From Chiloscyllium plagiosum (Eukaryota): DNA of 32,982 bases. The notes beneath the pieces are model-generated. The model had not been told where the DNA came from. It searched no databases and worked only from the letters and a program-made list of their open reading frames with translations. Both the position numbers and the translations under genes were made by a program. The DNA lies in contig NC_057755.1 in assembly GCF_004010195.1 (NCBI RefSeq), positions 4,330,032-4,363,013 of the forward strand, given 5' to 3'. Shown here piece after piece: positions 10,480 to 22,792 of the stretch (positions within the stretch are counted from its first letter, which is position 1; every line of letters starts with the position of its first letter).

Positions 10480-11295
10480 CTCCAACAGGACCTCCCTGTT
10501 CTTATGTCTCTAATGGTAAAGACACATATCCTATACGCCTTCTGAACGACCCTATTAACCTGTCCTGCTACCTTTAGAGATGTGTTAACAAGCTCCTCAA
10601 GATCTTTTGGTTCCTTTGCCTTACCTTGTGTCGTATTATTCATTGAGTACTGCCTTGTTTTGAAGCTTCTAGTAACCGGTATCACCTACAGGTTTATCAG
10701 GGTTACATTCCACCTGTCATTGATCTGCCCATTCACCAACCTTTCTATTTCTGATTGTCACCAAAGAATATTTTTCTCACTGTCAAACATCCGATCAATA
10801 TTTGTGACATGGCAAACATATTTATCATCTCCACACACACTCAACCCCTACAGCACACACATTCACAACACATAAGCTTACTCTGACACACACAAACACG
10901 AACACACACACTCACTCACATACAGACACAACAGACACACACACACACGTGCGCACGTGTGCATGCACAAAAAGGCACATTCTTCATTATCATTTATGAA
11001 TATCACAAACAGTAAGGGACCCAACATTCATCCGAGTAGTACACCACTTCATCTGATCACCAGCCTTCAATTAAACATCCAGCTTTCTATCAACACCCTC
11101 TGCCTCCTCTGACAGAGCAAATTTTGGAACCAAATTGCTAATTAATTGTGGATGCAACGTGCTTTTACCTTAGTTATCAATCTCCCATGTGCTGCCTTGT
11201 CAAAGGCCTTGGTGAAAGGCATCAGTTGCCCTACACTGCATCAGTTGCCCTACCCTCATCGACAGACACGGTCAACTACTCGAAAAGTCCCATCA
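10480..11295 (-). mobile_element. Decayed CR1 RT fragment interrupted by CA-rich repeat
   Basis: Minus translation SLKVAGQVNRVVQKAYRICVF resembles LKLESQVDRRVKKASGMVSF in the CR1 at 16154-16351. Confidence 0.75.
10831..10970. repeat. Imperfect (CA)n microsatellite
   Basis: Directly visible. Confidence 0.9.
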
Positions 11296-11304
11296 GATTT
11301 GTGA

Positions 11305-11602
11305 GCGGCACGGTGGCACAGTGGTTAGCACTGCTGCCTCTCAGCGCCTGAGACCCGGATTCAGTTCCCGACTCAGGCGACTGACTGTGTGGAGTTTGCA
11401 CATTCTCCCCGTGTCTGCGTGGGTTTCCTCCGGGTGCTCCGCTTTCCTCCCACAGTCCAAAGATGTGCAGCTCGGGTGAATTGGCCATGCTAAGTTGCCA
11501 GTAGTGTTAGGTAAAGGGGTAAATGTACGGGAATGGGTGGGTTACGCTTCGGCGGGTCGGTGTGGACTTGTTGTAAATACTGTAAATAATCTCATCTAAT
11601 CT
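11305..11602 (+). mobile_element. tRNA-derived V-SINE (shark HE1-type), near full length
   Basis: A-box tggcacagtggttagc, B-box-like ggattcagttccc, V-domain tgtgtggagtttgcacattctccccgtgtctgcgtgggtttcctccgggtgctcc, and (atcta)-like tail. Confidence 0.9.
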
Positions 11603-11909
11603 CTGTAAAAAAGCCGCAGTGACTGATCTAGCCTTGCCACTCAAAATGGAGATCAGTTCTCTCCTTCAGAATTTTCTCTAATAGTTTCCCGTGCACTGCG
11701 AATCTCTGACGTGTAATTCCAGGTCAATCTCCACCACACTTCTTGAAAAGTGGAAACACATCAGCTGTGCTGAAGTCCTCTGATTCATCGGGTAGCTGAA
11801 GACGAATTAAAAATTTGATCACAGTACTTGTAATTTCCACCATCATCGCCTTGGTTACAGCTCCCACAGACCTCAGGACTTGTCCACTTTTAAATCGCCA
11901 AAATTACTG

Positions 11910-12129
11910 TATAGAATAGAATCCCTACAGTGTAGAAACAGGCCCTTCGGCCCAACAAGCCCATGCCGACCCTCCGAAGGGCAACCCATACTGGCCCAAT
12001 ACTCTACACCTAGCCGCAACGAATGCACCCAAACTAGTCTTACCCGAACATTATGGGCAATTTCGCTTGGTCAATTCATCTAACCTGCACATCTTTGGAT
12101 TGTGGGAGGAAACCAGAGCACCTGGAGGA
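11910..12129 (-). mobile_element. 5'-truncated HE1-type SINE, antisense
   Basis: gcacatctttggattgtgggaggaaaccagagcacctggagga is the reverse complement of the V-domain 3' part. atagaatagaat tail. Confidence 0.85.
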
Positions 12130-12702
12130 TCAAAACATTCCAACGTCCTTTAAAGCTGAGTGAGAGAAAGAATTCTTAATAAAACACTCATAATGTTGAT
12201 GAATCAGGCATTTTACACACACACATTCAAGCACACGCATGACACATATGCCCTTACACGTAAATTATTCTTCTACCTTTCTACTTAATACATTACTTTG
12301 CACAGGAAAACAGTTCCCTCGGCTTATCAATGATTCCTTCAGGCTTCCCACTGAAAAAGATACACGAACCCATCTCAATCAGAGTCAACCTAAATGGTTT
12401 CACAATTGTTCACAGTCAATCCAATTAAATGAAATTTTCAGCCCCATTATGTCTACATTCCCATTTGGTAGGAATCAAATAATGAGAAATTAATATTACA
12501 CTCAATGTTAAATAACAAAACAGAAAACCCTTATTTTGTTTATTGGAATCCGCATCACCACCTCTGAAAAGTCTTATCATGATGACTTCCGGAACTTCAG
12601 TTTAATGTGTAATTGGAATTTTGCCTCTAATACTATCACGTTTGGATTCGAAATATTCAGATACTTCCAAAGTATTATGATGGATTCAGGTCATCTTATC
12701 AT

Positions 12703-12876
12703 GATTAGAGTGGCGCTGGAAGAGCACAGCAGGACAGGCAGTATCCGAGGAGCAGAAAAATCGAACTTTCGGGCAATAGCCCTTCGTCCTGATGAAGTGC
12801 TTTTGCCTGAAACATCGATTTTTCTGCTCCTCAGATGCTGCCTGACTTGCTGTACTTTTCCATCACCACTCTAATC
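12703..12876. mobile_element. ~174 bp palindromic Penelope-derived element with hammerhead-like core
   Basis: Left arm gattagagtggcgctggaagagcacagcagg... pairs with right arm ...ctgtacttttccatcaccactctaatc. Centre ctgatgaagtgcttttgcctgaaacatc. Confidence 0.75.
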
Positions 12877-12989
12877 TTGACTCTAATCACCAAAATCCGC
12901 ATCACCACCTCTGAAAAGTCTTATCATGATGACTTCCGGAACTTCAGTTTAATGTGTAATTGGAATTTTGCCTCTAATACTATTATTGT

Positions 12990-13078
12990 CAATTGTTGTA
13001 AAAAAAACCATTGTTTCACTAATGTCCTTTTGGGGAAAGAAAACTACTGTCTGTACCTGGTGTGGTCTACATGTGACT
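12990..13078 (+). mobile_element. Fragment of an old SINE (SacSINE/DeuSINE-like)
   Basis: aaaccattgtttcactaatgtccttttgggg...acctggtgtggtctacatgtgact resembles the recalled shark DeuSINE core. Related decayed pieces near 30570-30660 (-) and 32200-32290. Confidence 0.45.
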
Positions 13079-13478
13079 GGTCTGTTTGTTGGAGGTCAGC
13101 CATTTAAGCTCCAGGACTTCACTGCTGGCGTTCCTCAAGAATGTGTCTGAGGCCTAATTGTGTTTAGTGACTGAATAACTGCCACCCCCTCAATCATAAC
13201 GTCATAAATCAGAATCCGTTAACACAATTGGTTGTACGACTGATGTGAGATGTAGAGAAGCAAGGTGATCTTTAGGTTCAAATTGCCAACTGCCGTCTAT
13301 CTCTCTCTCTCTCTCTCTCTCCCTCTCCCNNNNNNNNNNNNNNNNNNNNNNNNNNNNNNNNNNNNNNNNNNNNNNNNNNNNNNNNNNNNNNNNNNNNNNN
13401 NNNNNNNNNNNNNNNNNNNNNNNNNNNNNNNNNNNNNNNNNNNNNNNNNNNNNNNNNNNNNNNNNNNNNNNNNNNNNN

Positions 13479-14512
13479 CCTCGGCTTATCAATGATTCCT
13501 TCAGGCTTCCCACTGAGTAAATGCACGAACCCATCTCAATCAGATGCAACCTAAATGGTTTCACAATTGTTCACAGTCAATCCAATTAAATGAAATTTTC
13601 AGCCCCATTATGTCTACATTCCCATTTGGTAGAAATCAAATAATGAGAAATTAATATTACACTCAATGTTAAATAGCAAAACAGAAAACACTTATTTTGT
13701 TTATTGGAACAAAAGTATCACGTTTGGGTTCGAAATATTCAGATACTTCCAAAGTATTATGATGGACTCAGGTCATCTTATCATGATGAGAGTGGCGCTG
13801 GAAGAGCACAGCAGGACAGGCAGTATCCGAGGAGCAGAAAAATCGAAGTTTCAGGCAATAGCCCTTCGTCCTGATGAAGTGTTTTTGCCCGAAACATCGA
13901 TTTTTCTGCTCCTCAGATGCTGCCTGACCTGCTGTGCTTTTCCATCACCACTCTAATCTTGACTCTAATCTCCAAGATCCGCATCACCACCTCTGACAAG
14001 TTTTATCATGATGGCTTCCGGAACTTCAGTTTCATGTGTCATTGGAATTTTGCCTCTCATACTATTATTGTCAATTGTTGTCAAAACCCATTGTTTCACT
14101 AATGTCCTTTTGGGGAAAGAAAACTACTGTCTGTACCTGGTGTGGTCTACATGTGACTGGTCTGTTTGTTGGAGGCCAGCCATTTAAACTCCAGGACTTC
14201 ACTGCTGGCGTTCCTCAAGACTGTGTCTGAGGCCTAATTGTGTTTAGTGACTGAATAACTGCCACTCCCTCAATCATAACGTCATAAATCAGAATCCGTT
14301 AACACAATTTGTTGTACGAATGACTTGGGATGTAGAGAAGCAAGGTAAACTTTAGGTTCAACTTGCCAACTGCCGTGTCTCTCTCTCTCTCCCTCGCCCT
14401 CTCTCTCTCTCTTTCCCTCTCCCCTCTCTCTCCCTCTCTCTCAGCTTCTTTCTCTCTCCCCTTCTATCATTCTCTCTCCCCCTATATCCCCCTCTCTCTC
14501 CCTCTCTCCCTC
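13479..14512 (+). repeat. ~1 kb tandem unit, copy B, ending in CT-rich tract
   Basis: Colinear with 12317-13329. Confidence 0.95.
13785..13958. mobile_element. Second copy of the palindromic Penelope-derived element
   Basis: Same arms. Centre ctgatgaagtgtttttgcccgaaacatc. Confidence 0.75.
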
Positions 14513-15121
14513 NNNNNNNNNNNNNNNNNNNNNNNNNNNNNNNNNNNNNNNNNNNNNNNNNNNNNNNNNNNNNNNNNNNNNNNNNNNNNNNNNNNNNNNN
14601 NNNNNNNNNNNNNNNNNNNNNNNNNNNNNNNNNNNNNNNNNNNNNNNNNNNNNNNNNNNNNNNNNNNNNNNNNNNNNNNNNNNNNNNNNNNNNNNNNNNN
14701 NNNNNNNNNNNNNNNNNNNNNNNNNNNNNNNNNNNNNNNNNNNNNNNNNNNNNNNNNNNNNNNNNNNNNNNNNNNNNNNNNNNNNNNNNNNNNNNNNNNN
14801 NNNNNNNNNNNNNNNNNNNNNNNNNNNNNNNNNNNNNNNNNNNNNNNNNNNNNNNNNNNNNNNNNNNNNNNNNNNNNNNNNNNNNNNNNNNNNNNNNNNN
14901 NNNNNNNNNNNNNNNNNNNNNNNNNNNNNNNNNNNNNNNNNNNNNNNNNNNNNNNNNNNNNNNNNNNNNNNNNNNNNNNNNNNNNNNNNNNNNNNNNNNN
15001 NNNNNNNNNNNNNNNNNNNNNNNNNNNNNNNNNNNNNNNNNNNNNNNNNNNNNNNNNNNNNNNNNNNNNNNNNNNNNNNNNNNNNNNNNNNNNNNNNNNN
15101 NNNNNNNNNNNNNNNNNNNNN

Positions 15122-15335
15122 CGACCCTCTCTTCCTCTCCCTCTGACAACCTCTCACTCCCTCCCGCTCTTTCTCTCTCTCCCTCCCTCTCCCTTTCTCT
15201 CCCTAACCCTCTCTTTCTCACACCCCCCTCTCCCCTTTCCTTCTCCCTCCGTCTCCCTCCCTCCCTAACTCTCTCTCTCTCTACCAGTCTCTCACCTCCT
15301 CCCTCTATCTCTCTCTCCCACTCTCCCTTTCTTTT
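15122..15335. repeat. Polypyrimidine (CT-rich) low-complexity tract
   Basis: Directly visible. Probably continuous across the gap with 14378-14512. Confidence 0.9.
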
Positions 15336-15361
15336 GGGGGGAAGTAAACGTTGAAATGTTG

Positions 15362-15548
15362 TAACGCTCAAAGTAGCCTTCTCAACCATCAAATATTTCT
15401 GCTGATGAATGTTCAATTTCCTGGAGAAATGTCTGATAGGTCTTTCTATTTTCTTGCCGTCTTTCTGCAGGGGCACAGCACCAGCACTCACATCGCTCGC
15501 ATCCAGCCACTTTGAATGACGTTGCGTAATTAGGTATGGGAAAAACAC
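15362..15548 (-). mobile_element. Ty3/Gypsy LTR-retrotransposon RNase H fragment
   Basis: DASDVSAGAVPLQKDGKKIERPIRHFSRKLNIHQQKYLMVEKATLS matches the Ty3/Gypsy RNase H pattern DAS..G.GAVL.Q.....PI.YFSRKL...Q.KYS..EKE.L. Confidence 0.88.
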
Positions 15549-15560
15549 CTAATGGTTAAC

Positions 15561-18500
15561 ATAGTCATAGAGTCATAGAGATGGACGGCATGGAAACAGA
15601 CCCTTCGGTCTAACCCGTCCATGCCGACCAGATATTCCAACCCAATCTCGCCGCATCGCCAGCACCTCTCCCATAATCTTCCAAACCCTTCCTATTCATA
15701 TACCCATCCAAATGCCTCTTAAATGTTGCAATCGTGCCAACCTCCACCACTTCCTCTGGCAGCTCATTCCATACACGTACCACCCTCTGTTTGAAAACTT
15801 TGGTGCTTATGTCTCTTTTATGTCTTTCCCCCTCACCCTGAACTGTATCCACTAGTTCTAGATTCCCCAACCCCAGGGAAAAATCTTTATCTATTTGCCC
15901 TATCCATGCCCCTCATGATTTTTTAAACCACCACAAGGTCAACCCTCCGCTTCTGACGCTCCAGGGAATACAGCCCCAGCCTGTTCAGCCTCTCCTTATA
16001 GCTCAAATCCTCCATCCTGGCAACATGCTTGCGGGTTTTTTTCTGAACCCTTTCAAGTTTTACAACTTCTTTCCGATAGGAAGGAGACCAGAATTGCATG
16101 CAATATTCCAACAGTGGTCGAACCAATGTCCTGTACAACCGGGACATGTGGTCCTAAATGCTGTACTCAAAACTCTGACCAATAAAGGAGACCATACCAG
16201 ACGCCTTCTTCACTCTCCTATCTACCTGCGACTCGAGTTTCAAGGAGCAATGCAACTGCACTCCAAGATCTCTTTGTTCAGCAACACATCCTAGGACCTT
16301 ACCATTAAGTGTATAAGTCGTGCCAAGATTTGTTTTCCCAAAATTCAGCATCTCTTATTTATTTGAATTAAAATCCATTTGCCACTTCTCAGCCAATTGG
16401 CCAATCTGTTCAAGATCCTGTTGTAACCTGAGGTAACTCTCTTCGCTGTTCACTACACCTCCAATTTTGATGTCATCTGCAAACGTACTAACTGTAACTT
16501 CTGCTCGCATCAAAATCATTTATGGAATTGACAAAAAGTAGACGAACCAGCACCGATCCATGCAGCACTCCACTGGTCACAGGCCTCCAGTCTGAAACAC
16601 AACCCTCCACCACCACCCTCTGTCTTCTACCTTTCAGCCAGTTCTGTGTGCAATGCCTCATGCCCCCGTGTATTCCGTGAGATCTCACCATTCCAATCAG
16701 TCTCCCATGTGGAACCCTATCGAACTACTTACTGAAAGTCCATATGGATCACGTCGACAGCTCTGCCCTCATCAATCCTCTTCGTTACTTCATCAAAAAT
16801 CTCAATCAATTTTGTGAGACATGATTTCCCACGCACAAAACCATGTTGACCATCCCTAATCAGTTTTTGCCTTTCAAAATACATGTACAACCTTTCCCTC
16901 AGGATTTATTCCAATAATTTGCTCACCACCGATGTCAGGCTCACTGGTCTATAGTTCCCTGGCTTGTCCTAACCATCCTTCTTAAATAGTGGCACCACGC
17001 AAGACAAACTCCAATCTTCTGGCACCTCATAAGTGACTATCGATGACACACATATCTCAGTAAGAGGCCCAGCAATCACTTCTCCAGCTGCCCATAGAGT
17101 TCTCGGGTACACCTGATTAGGTCCTGAGGATTTATCCACCTTTACCCGTTTCAAGACATCCAGTACTTCCTCCTCTGTTATATAGACATTTTGCAAGCTG
17201 TCACCATCTATTTCCCGATAGTCTATCTGTTCCATATCCTTTTCCACAGTATATACTGTTGCAAAATATTCATTTAGTATCCCCCCCACCCCACCCATTT
17301 TCTGCATCTCCACACAAACGCCGCCTTGCTGATCTGTGAGGGGGCCTATTCTCTCCCTAGTTTGCATTTTGTCCTTAATGTATTTGTAAAAACTCTTTGG
17401 ATTCTCCTTAATTCTATTTGCCAAAGGTATCTCATGTCCTCTTTTTGCACTTCTGATTTCCCTCTTAAGTATACTCCTGCTTCCTTTTTCCTCTTCTGAG
17501 GATTCACTCGATCTATCCTGTCCATACATTACATATGCTTTCTTCTTTTTCTTATTCAAACACTCAATTTCTTTAGTCATCAAGCATTCCCGAAAAGTAC
17601 CAGCCTTTCCTTTCCCCCTGACAGGAATATACTTTCTCTGGATTCTTGTTATCTCATTTCAGAAGGCTTCCCATTTCCAGCCGTCCTTTTACCTGCGAAC
17701 ATTTGCCCCCAGTCAGCTTTCGAAAGTTCTTGCCTAATACCATCAAAGATGGCATTTCTCCAATTTAGAACTTCAGCTCTTAGATCTGGTCTATCCTTTT
17801 CCATCATTATTTTAAATCTAATCGAATTATGGTCACTGGCCCCAAGGTGCACTCCCACTGACACCTCAGTCACCTGCCCTTCCTTATTTCCCAAGACTAA
17901 GTCACGTTTTGCACCTTCTCTAGTAGGTACATTCACATACAGAATCAGAAAATTGTCTTGTACGCACTTAACAAATTCGTCTCCATCTAAACCCTTAACA
18001 CTAGGGCAGTTGCAGTCTATGTTTGGGAAGGTTACAATTCCCTCCTATAACCACCCTATTATTCTTACAGATAGCTGAGATCTCCTTACTAGTTTGTTCC
18101 TCAATTTCCCTCTGACTATTAGGGGATCTATAATACAATTCCAATAAGGTGATCGTCCCTTTCTAATTCCTCAGTTCCACCCAAATAACTTTCCTGGATG
18201 TATTTCTGGAACTATCTTCCCTTAACACAGCTGTAATGCTATCCCTTATCAAAAATGCCACCACCCCCTCCTCTCTTGCCTCCCTTTCTATCCTTCCTGC
18301 AACATTTGTATCCTGGAACATTAAGCTTCCAATCCTGCCCATCCCTGAGCCATGTTTCTGTAATTGCTATGATATCCCAATCCCATGTTTCTAACCATGC
18401 CCTGAGTTCATCTGCCTTACCTGTTCGGCCCCTTGCATTGAAATAAATGTAGTTTAATTTATTAGTACTACCTTGTCCCTGCCTGCCCTGAATGTTTGAC

Positions 18501-19850
18501 TCGCTTCTGTTCTCAACTATACCAGTATCAGATTGATCTCTTTCCTCACTATCTGCCTGGGCCCCATCCCCCCAACTTACTAGTTGGAATCCTCCCGAGA
18601 AGCTCGAGCAAATTTCCTTACCAGTACATTAGTCCCCTTCTAATTGAGGTGCAATCCGTCCTTCTTTTACAGATCACTTCCACTCCAAAAGAGATTCCAA
18701 TGATCCAAAATTACGAATCCGTCTCCCATGCACCAGCCCCTCAGACATGCATTCATCTGCTCTATTCTCCTATTCCTGCCTTCACTAGTTCGGAGTACTG
18801 GGAGTAATTCAGATATTACTACTCTCGAGGGCCTCCTTTTTAAATTTATGCCTAACTCCCTGTAATGTCCCTTTAGAATCTCAATATTTTCACTTCCTAT
18901 CTCGTTTGTTCCAATGTGTGCAATGACCTCCTGCGGCCCCCTCTCTCCCTTGAAATCACTCTGCACCCTCTCTGAGGCATCCTTGATCATAGCACCAGGG
19001 AAGCAACACACCATTCTTACTTTTCGTTGCTGGCACAGAAGCGTCTGTCTATACCTTGGACTAGAGAGTCCCCTAACACAATCGATCTCTTGGAAACCGA
19101 CGTAGCCTCATTGCATTTGAGCCAGTTTAGATCTTTGAAACTTGACGGTTAATGCTACATTCCTCTGAGGATCCATCACCCCAAACAATTTCGAAAACAG
19201 TATACTTGTTTGAAATGGGGATAGCCACAGAAGGCTCCTGAACTACCTACCTGAGTTATCTTTCCTGGAGTTACTCCATCTGTGTGACCGTATCTGTGAC
19301 TTTTCTCTCTTCCTACAACTGCCATCCATCAGACCCCCTTGCTCTTGTAAATTCCTCATTTTCTCTCCAACGATCCAATCGATCTGATAGATTTTACAAA
19401 AAATGGCATATATTGCAGATATAAACTAGAAATGCACGTAAACTCTCCCTAAACTACCACAATCGACAAGAACAGCGTATCAGTCAACTAAAGGCCATTT
19501 TTCTTTTATTTATTCAATACAATGACCAAGAAAATAGCCCATTCTCGTCCCTCTAGAAAACATCACTCCAGGCTAAATTACTCCTTTTGGCTTATATTCC
19601 TAAGTTAAATCAAGAGACATATCTTAATACAACATATTATCAAAAAAGAACCAGTTAACTCGCTACTGCAAAGTCACTGTACGGCCAGACTTAAAATATT
19701 CACTTATCGGTTTATGTGCTGTGACCCCTCCCAAACAGGTTCCTCCAAGTTCAGTTGCGAATTTCGCTGTTTGTTCATTTTCCCAGACGCACTCTGATGT
19801 CCAGCGATACATGAATTCAAATAATAAAGACAGTAGCTGTGCAGATTCAT
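15561..19850 (-). mobile_element. Near full-length CR1-clade LINE (ORF1 esterase; ORF2 APE + RT), pseudogenised
   Basis: ORF1 esterase 18667-19014. Endonuclease PTREGAKRDLVLGN...GASDHNSIRF. KSSGPNQVYPRTL. SGVLHGSVL. FADD at ~16472-16483. LYRTLVRPLLEYCMQFWSP. 3' tail (ctctatga)n at 15561-15580. Confidence 0.95.
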
Positions 19851-19859
19851 TGTGGTGAA

Positions 19860-19892
<33 letters not shown>

Positions 19893-22792
19893 CTGCACTG
19901 ACCTCACCTTGTATGTCCTTTGTCTGTTCCTGTCCCTTTTACAAGTGCTGTTGGTTTCAATTAATTTTCCAAAGTTCCAAAACAACGCAATAGCATATAA
20001 AACATTAATTGCTGCTCCTGGAATTTGAGGAAATCACCTCCAACACCTCAAATACCTCAAAAAAGGAGCAACTTGTTACTGACAGAAATTGTTCCCGTCC
20101 TTGAACTTTGATGACCCATGGAGATTTCACAAATGAGAATGTGGACAATATACCAGTAGTGATGAAGTGTAGAGGTGATGAAACCTTCACTGGACTTTTG
20201 TTATTGGTATTCTTTCAATAAGATGTGGTTCGAGATGTGAACTGTGAACTTGTGGCCTTCCAGGCAGCGTGCAGGAAAAGGAACAGACCAAACAATCTAT
20301 GTTTGTTTGTGAAGCCACCATTTGAAGGTCCTCAATTTCTGAAGAAGTCCATGTTCAAATAGTGCAAGACCTGGACAATGTTCTTGCAGCATGACCATCT
20401 CGAACAAGGTCCTTGTGTTTCAATGGCATTATAAAGATTAACTTCCCGGCAGTTAGCATTGATCAGATATTGAACAGGCGGAGCCAAACAAATCCTGTGG
20501 GTCCAACAGCAGGTCAGATGCTGGGAATCCTGCAGAGAGTAACTTACTGCTGAGCTCTTCCCATTTCCTCTTGGCCAAAGCTTGCTCAGCATCTGCAAGG
20601 CATAAGTTGGGAGTGTGATGAAGCTCTCTCTACTTGCCTGGATGAATGCACCTCCAACAACACTCAAGAGAATTGTCCTGATGCAGAACAGAGCAGCCCC
20701 TGGATTTCACTCATATCCACAAACACTCATCCTTCCACCATCAATGCTCATTGTGTCATGTGAGATCTCCTGCAGCTTCTCACTTGGTTTTGAAGCTATA
20801 TTCTGGGTAGTTTCATCGATTTTATTTGTCTGCCTCCAGTCCACTCAAACTCTCTGATGGAGGAGGGTATTGTACACTTTCAGAGATTCAGAGTGACTTT
20901 GACATGCGATGGGTGTATGATCGAGGATCTATGGGGTTGGGGTGCAGTGGCTTTCTTTCTGAAATAATAAATACAATCTTCTGTCCGAACGATGGTTTTG
21001 TTGTTGAAGTGAAAAGTAAAGCATCAGATTTGGAAAATTAACATCATCTCAATTTGTCTATTTAAGGATCTTGAAGGCAGTGCCCAAGACAAGAGCATTT
21101 CCTGGTATCGTCTTGGCAGACACGGTCTGCACGGTAATTATAGTGTTGAAAATTTCTTTCAGTCACTCCTTAAGTAGGAGAAATATTTTTTTCCCCTGAA
21201 CTCAGAAGCGAGTATTTCAGAAACAGGAAAAGCAGCTGCTCAGTTCTATCACAGGTTTCTTGTTCCTCCATTAATTGGAGATAACAGAAGCCCTCTCTGT
21301 CCAGTCCCTATTCCAACAAGCCAAACAGGATCCTAAAGCAGAGACTGGACTTCAGTTCACTCAGATTTTCTCTGTCATTGGCTCCAGACTTCCCTCCGTT
21401 GTGACCATGTGGTAATTGGTGTGCAGTGTCCACTCCACAGTAAAAGGATCTACAAACGGGCAGATTCCATCAAAACTCTGCCCCACCCGCAAATGAATCT
21501 GGGAGCTGGACTATCAGGAACCTGATGGATAACACCAGCACCAAAAGACCTGATTGATACACTGCTGCCATCGCCCAGCATTACAAAATTGACATCACCG
21601 CCGTGAGTGGAATATGACTGGCTGGATATAGGCAACTTAAAGAAAAAGATGGCGAGTATACCTTTTTCTGGAAAAGCAAACACAGGACATTGTCTCAATG
21701 GGATCGGCTTCACCACAACAAATAAATTGGTCAGACATTCCAACAAATCCCCTGTGGGGTAAAGGAGCTCCTCATGACCCTCTGACACACCCTGGGTCAG
21801 AAGCAGTCCTCTCAGCTGTCAGTGCCTCTGCGCTAAATCTAGACACAATGGAGAAGACAAAAGACTCATTCCACACCAGCCTCGAACTATTGCTATCCCA
21901 CCGAAGGAAATGTTTCTCAGGCAGTGCCTCACAGCCGACCTGATGATGACTAAGATACCTGAGTGACAGAGTGCCCACAGGATGTGGTCCACCCTAAATT
22001 CCTCCCCAGTCAGCAGCTGTGTGGAGACCCTCAGGCTCTCAAATAGGAAACTCCAGGATTGGCCCAGTGAGAATAACGGGAGATCCAGGATCTCCGAGAT
22101 CGCAAACGTAAGGTAGTTCTGAATTGGCAGCTCCACCGTAACTCCAGCAAAAGGAAACAAGCAGAAACGCAACTGCAGTCTGAGGTAAAGCAAAGAAGCC
22201 ACGATCTAAAGAATAGATGATGAGTGGAGAGAGTCAGCAGGAGAGTCCGTGATTCACTGACAGACAACAACCTGCTCAGTGACACCACTCAGCTCCTGAC
22301 CTCATTCCAGCCTTAGTCCAAACATTAACGAAAAAAGCTGAATTCCAGAGGTGGGGTGAGGCTGACTGTACTTAACTTCAAGGCTGCATATGGCCTGGTC
22401 TGGCTTCAAGGAGCCTGAGCAAAACTGGATGCAATGGAAATCGGGGGAACTCTCCACTGGATGGAGTCATCCCTGGCAGAAAAGAAGAAAGTTGTGGTTC
22501 TTTGAGGTCAGTCACCACAGCTGCAGGGCATCTCTGTCCTCAAAGGAGTGTCTTAGCCCAAACCATCTTCGGAAATTTCTTCAATGGACTCCCCGCCATC
22601 ACAGGGTCAGACATGGGGATATTAGCTGATGATTACATTGTGTTCAGCAGTATTTGCGTCTACTCAGGTACTGAAGTAGTCCTTATCCAAATGCAGTGAG
22701 ACCGGGGCAATATCCAGGCTTGGGATGAAAAGTGGTAAACCGCATACATGACACATAAATGCCAGACAGTGATCAACTCTAACAACAGAGAA
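17768..22792 (+). repeat. Segmental duplication block A' (direct copy of 1-5037)
   Basis: See block A. Confidence 0.97.
21470..22320 (+). mobile_element. RTE-clade LINE remnant (paralog of 3760-4560)
   Basis: QLKEKDGEYTFFWKSK; colinear with block A. Confidence 0.75.

Larger units (their letters stand above)
12317..13329 (+). repeat. ~1 kb tandem unit, copy A
   Basis: Colinear with 13479-~14400 from cctcggcttatcaatgattcc to the CT microsatellite. Confidence 0.95.

Noticed and set aside
11305..11380. tRNA gene
   Set aside because: It is the tRNA-derived head of a SINE, continuing into the V-domain.
14358..15548. 396-aa ORF and other long ORFs containing X runs (4905-5593, 25434-26154)
   Set aside because: Artefacts of N gaps and CT/GA low complexity. 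Only the Gypsy RNase H part is meaningful.
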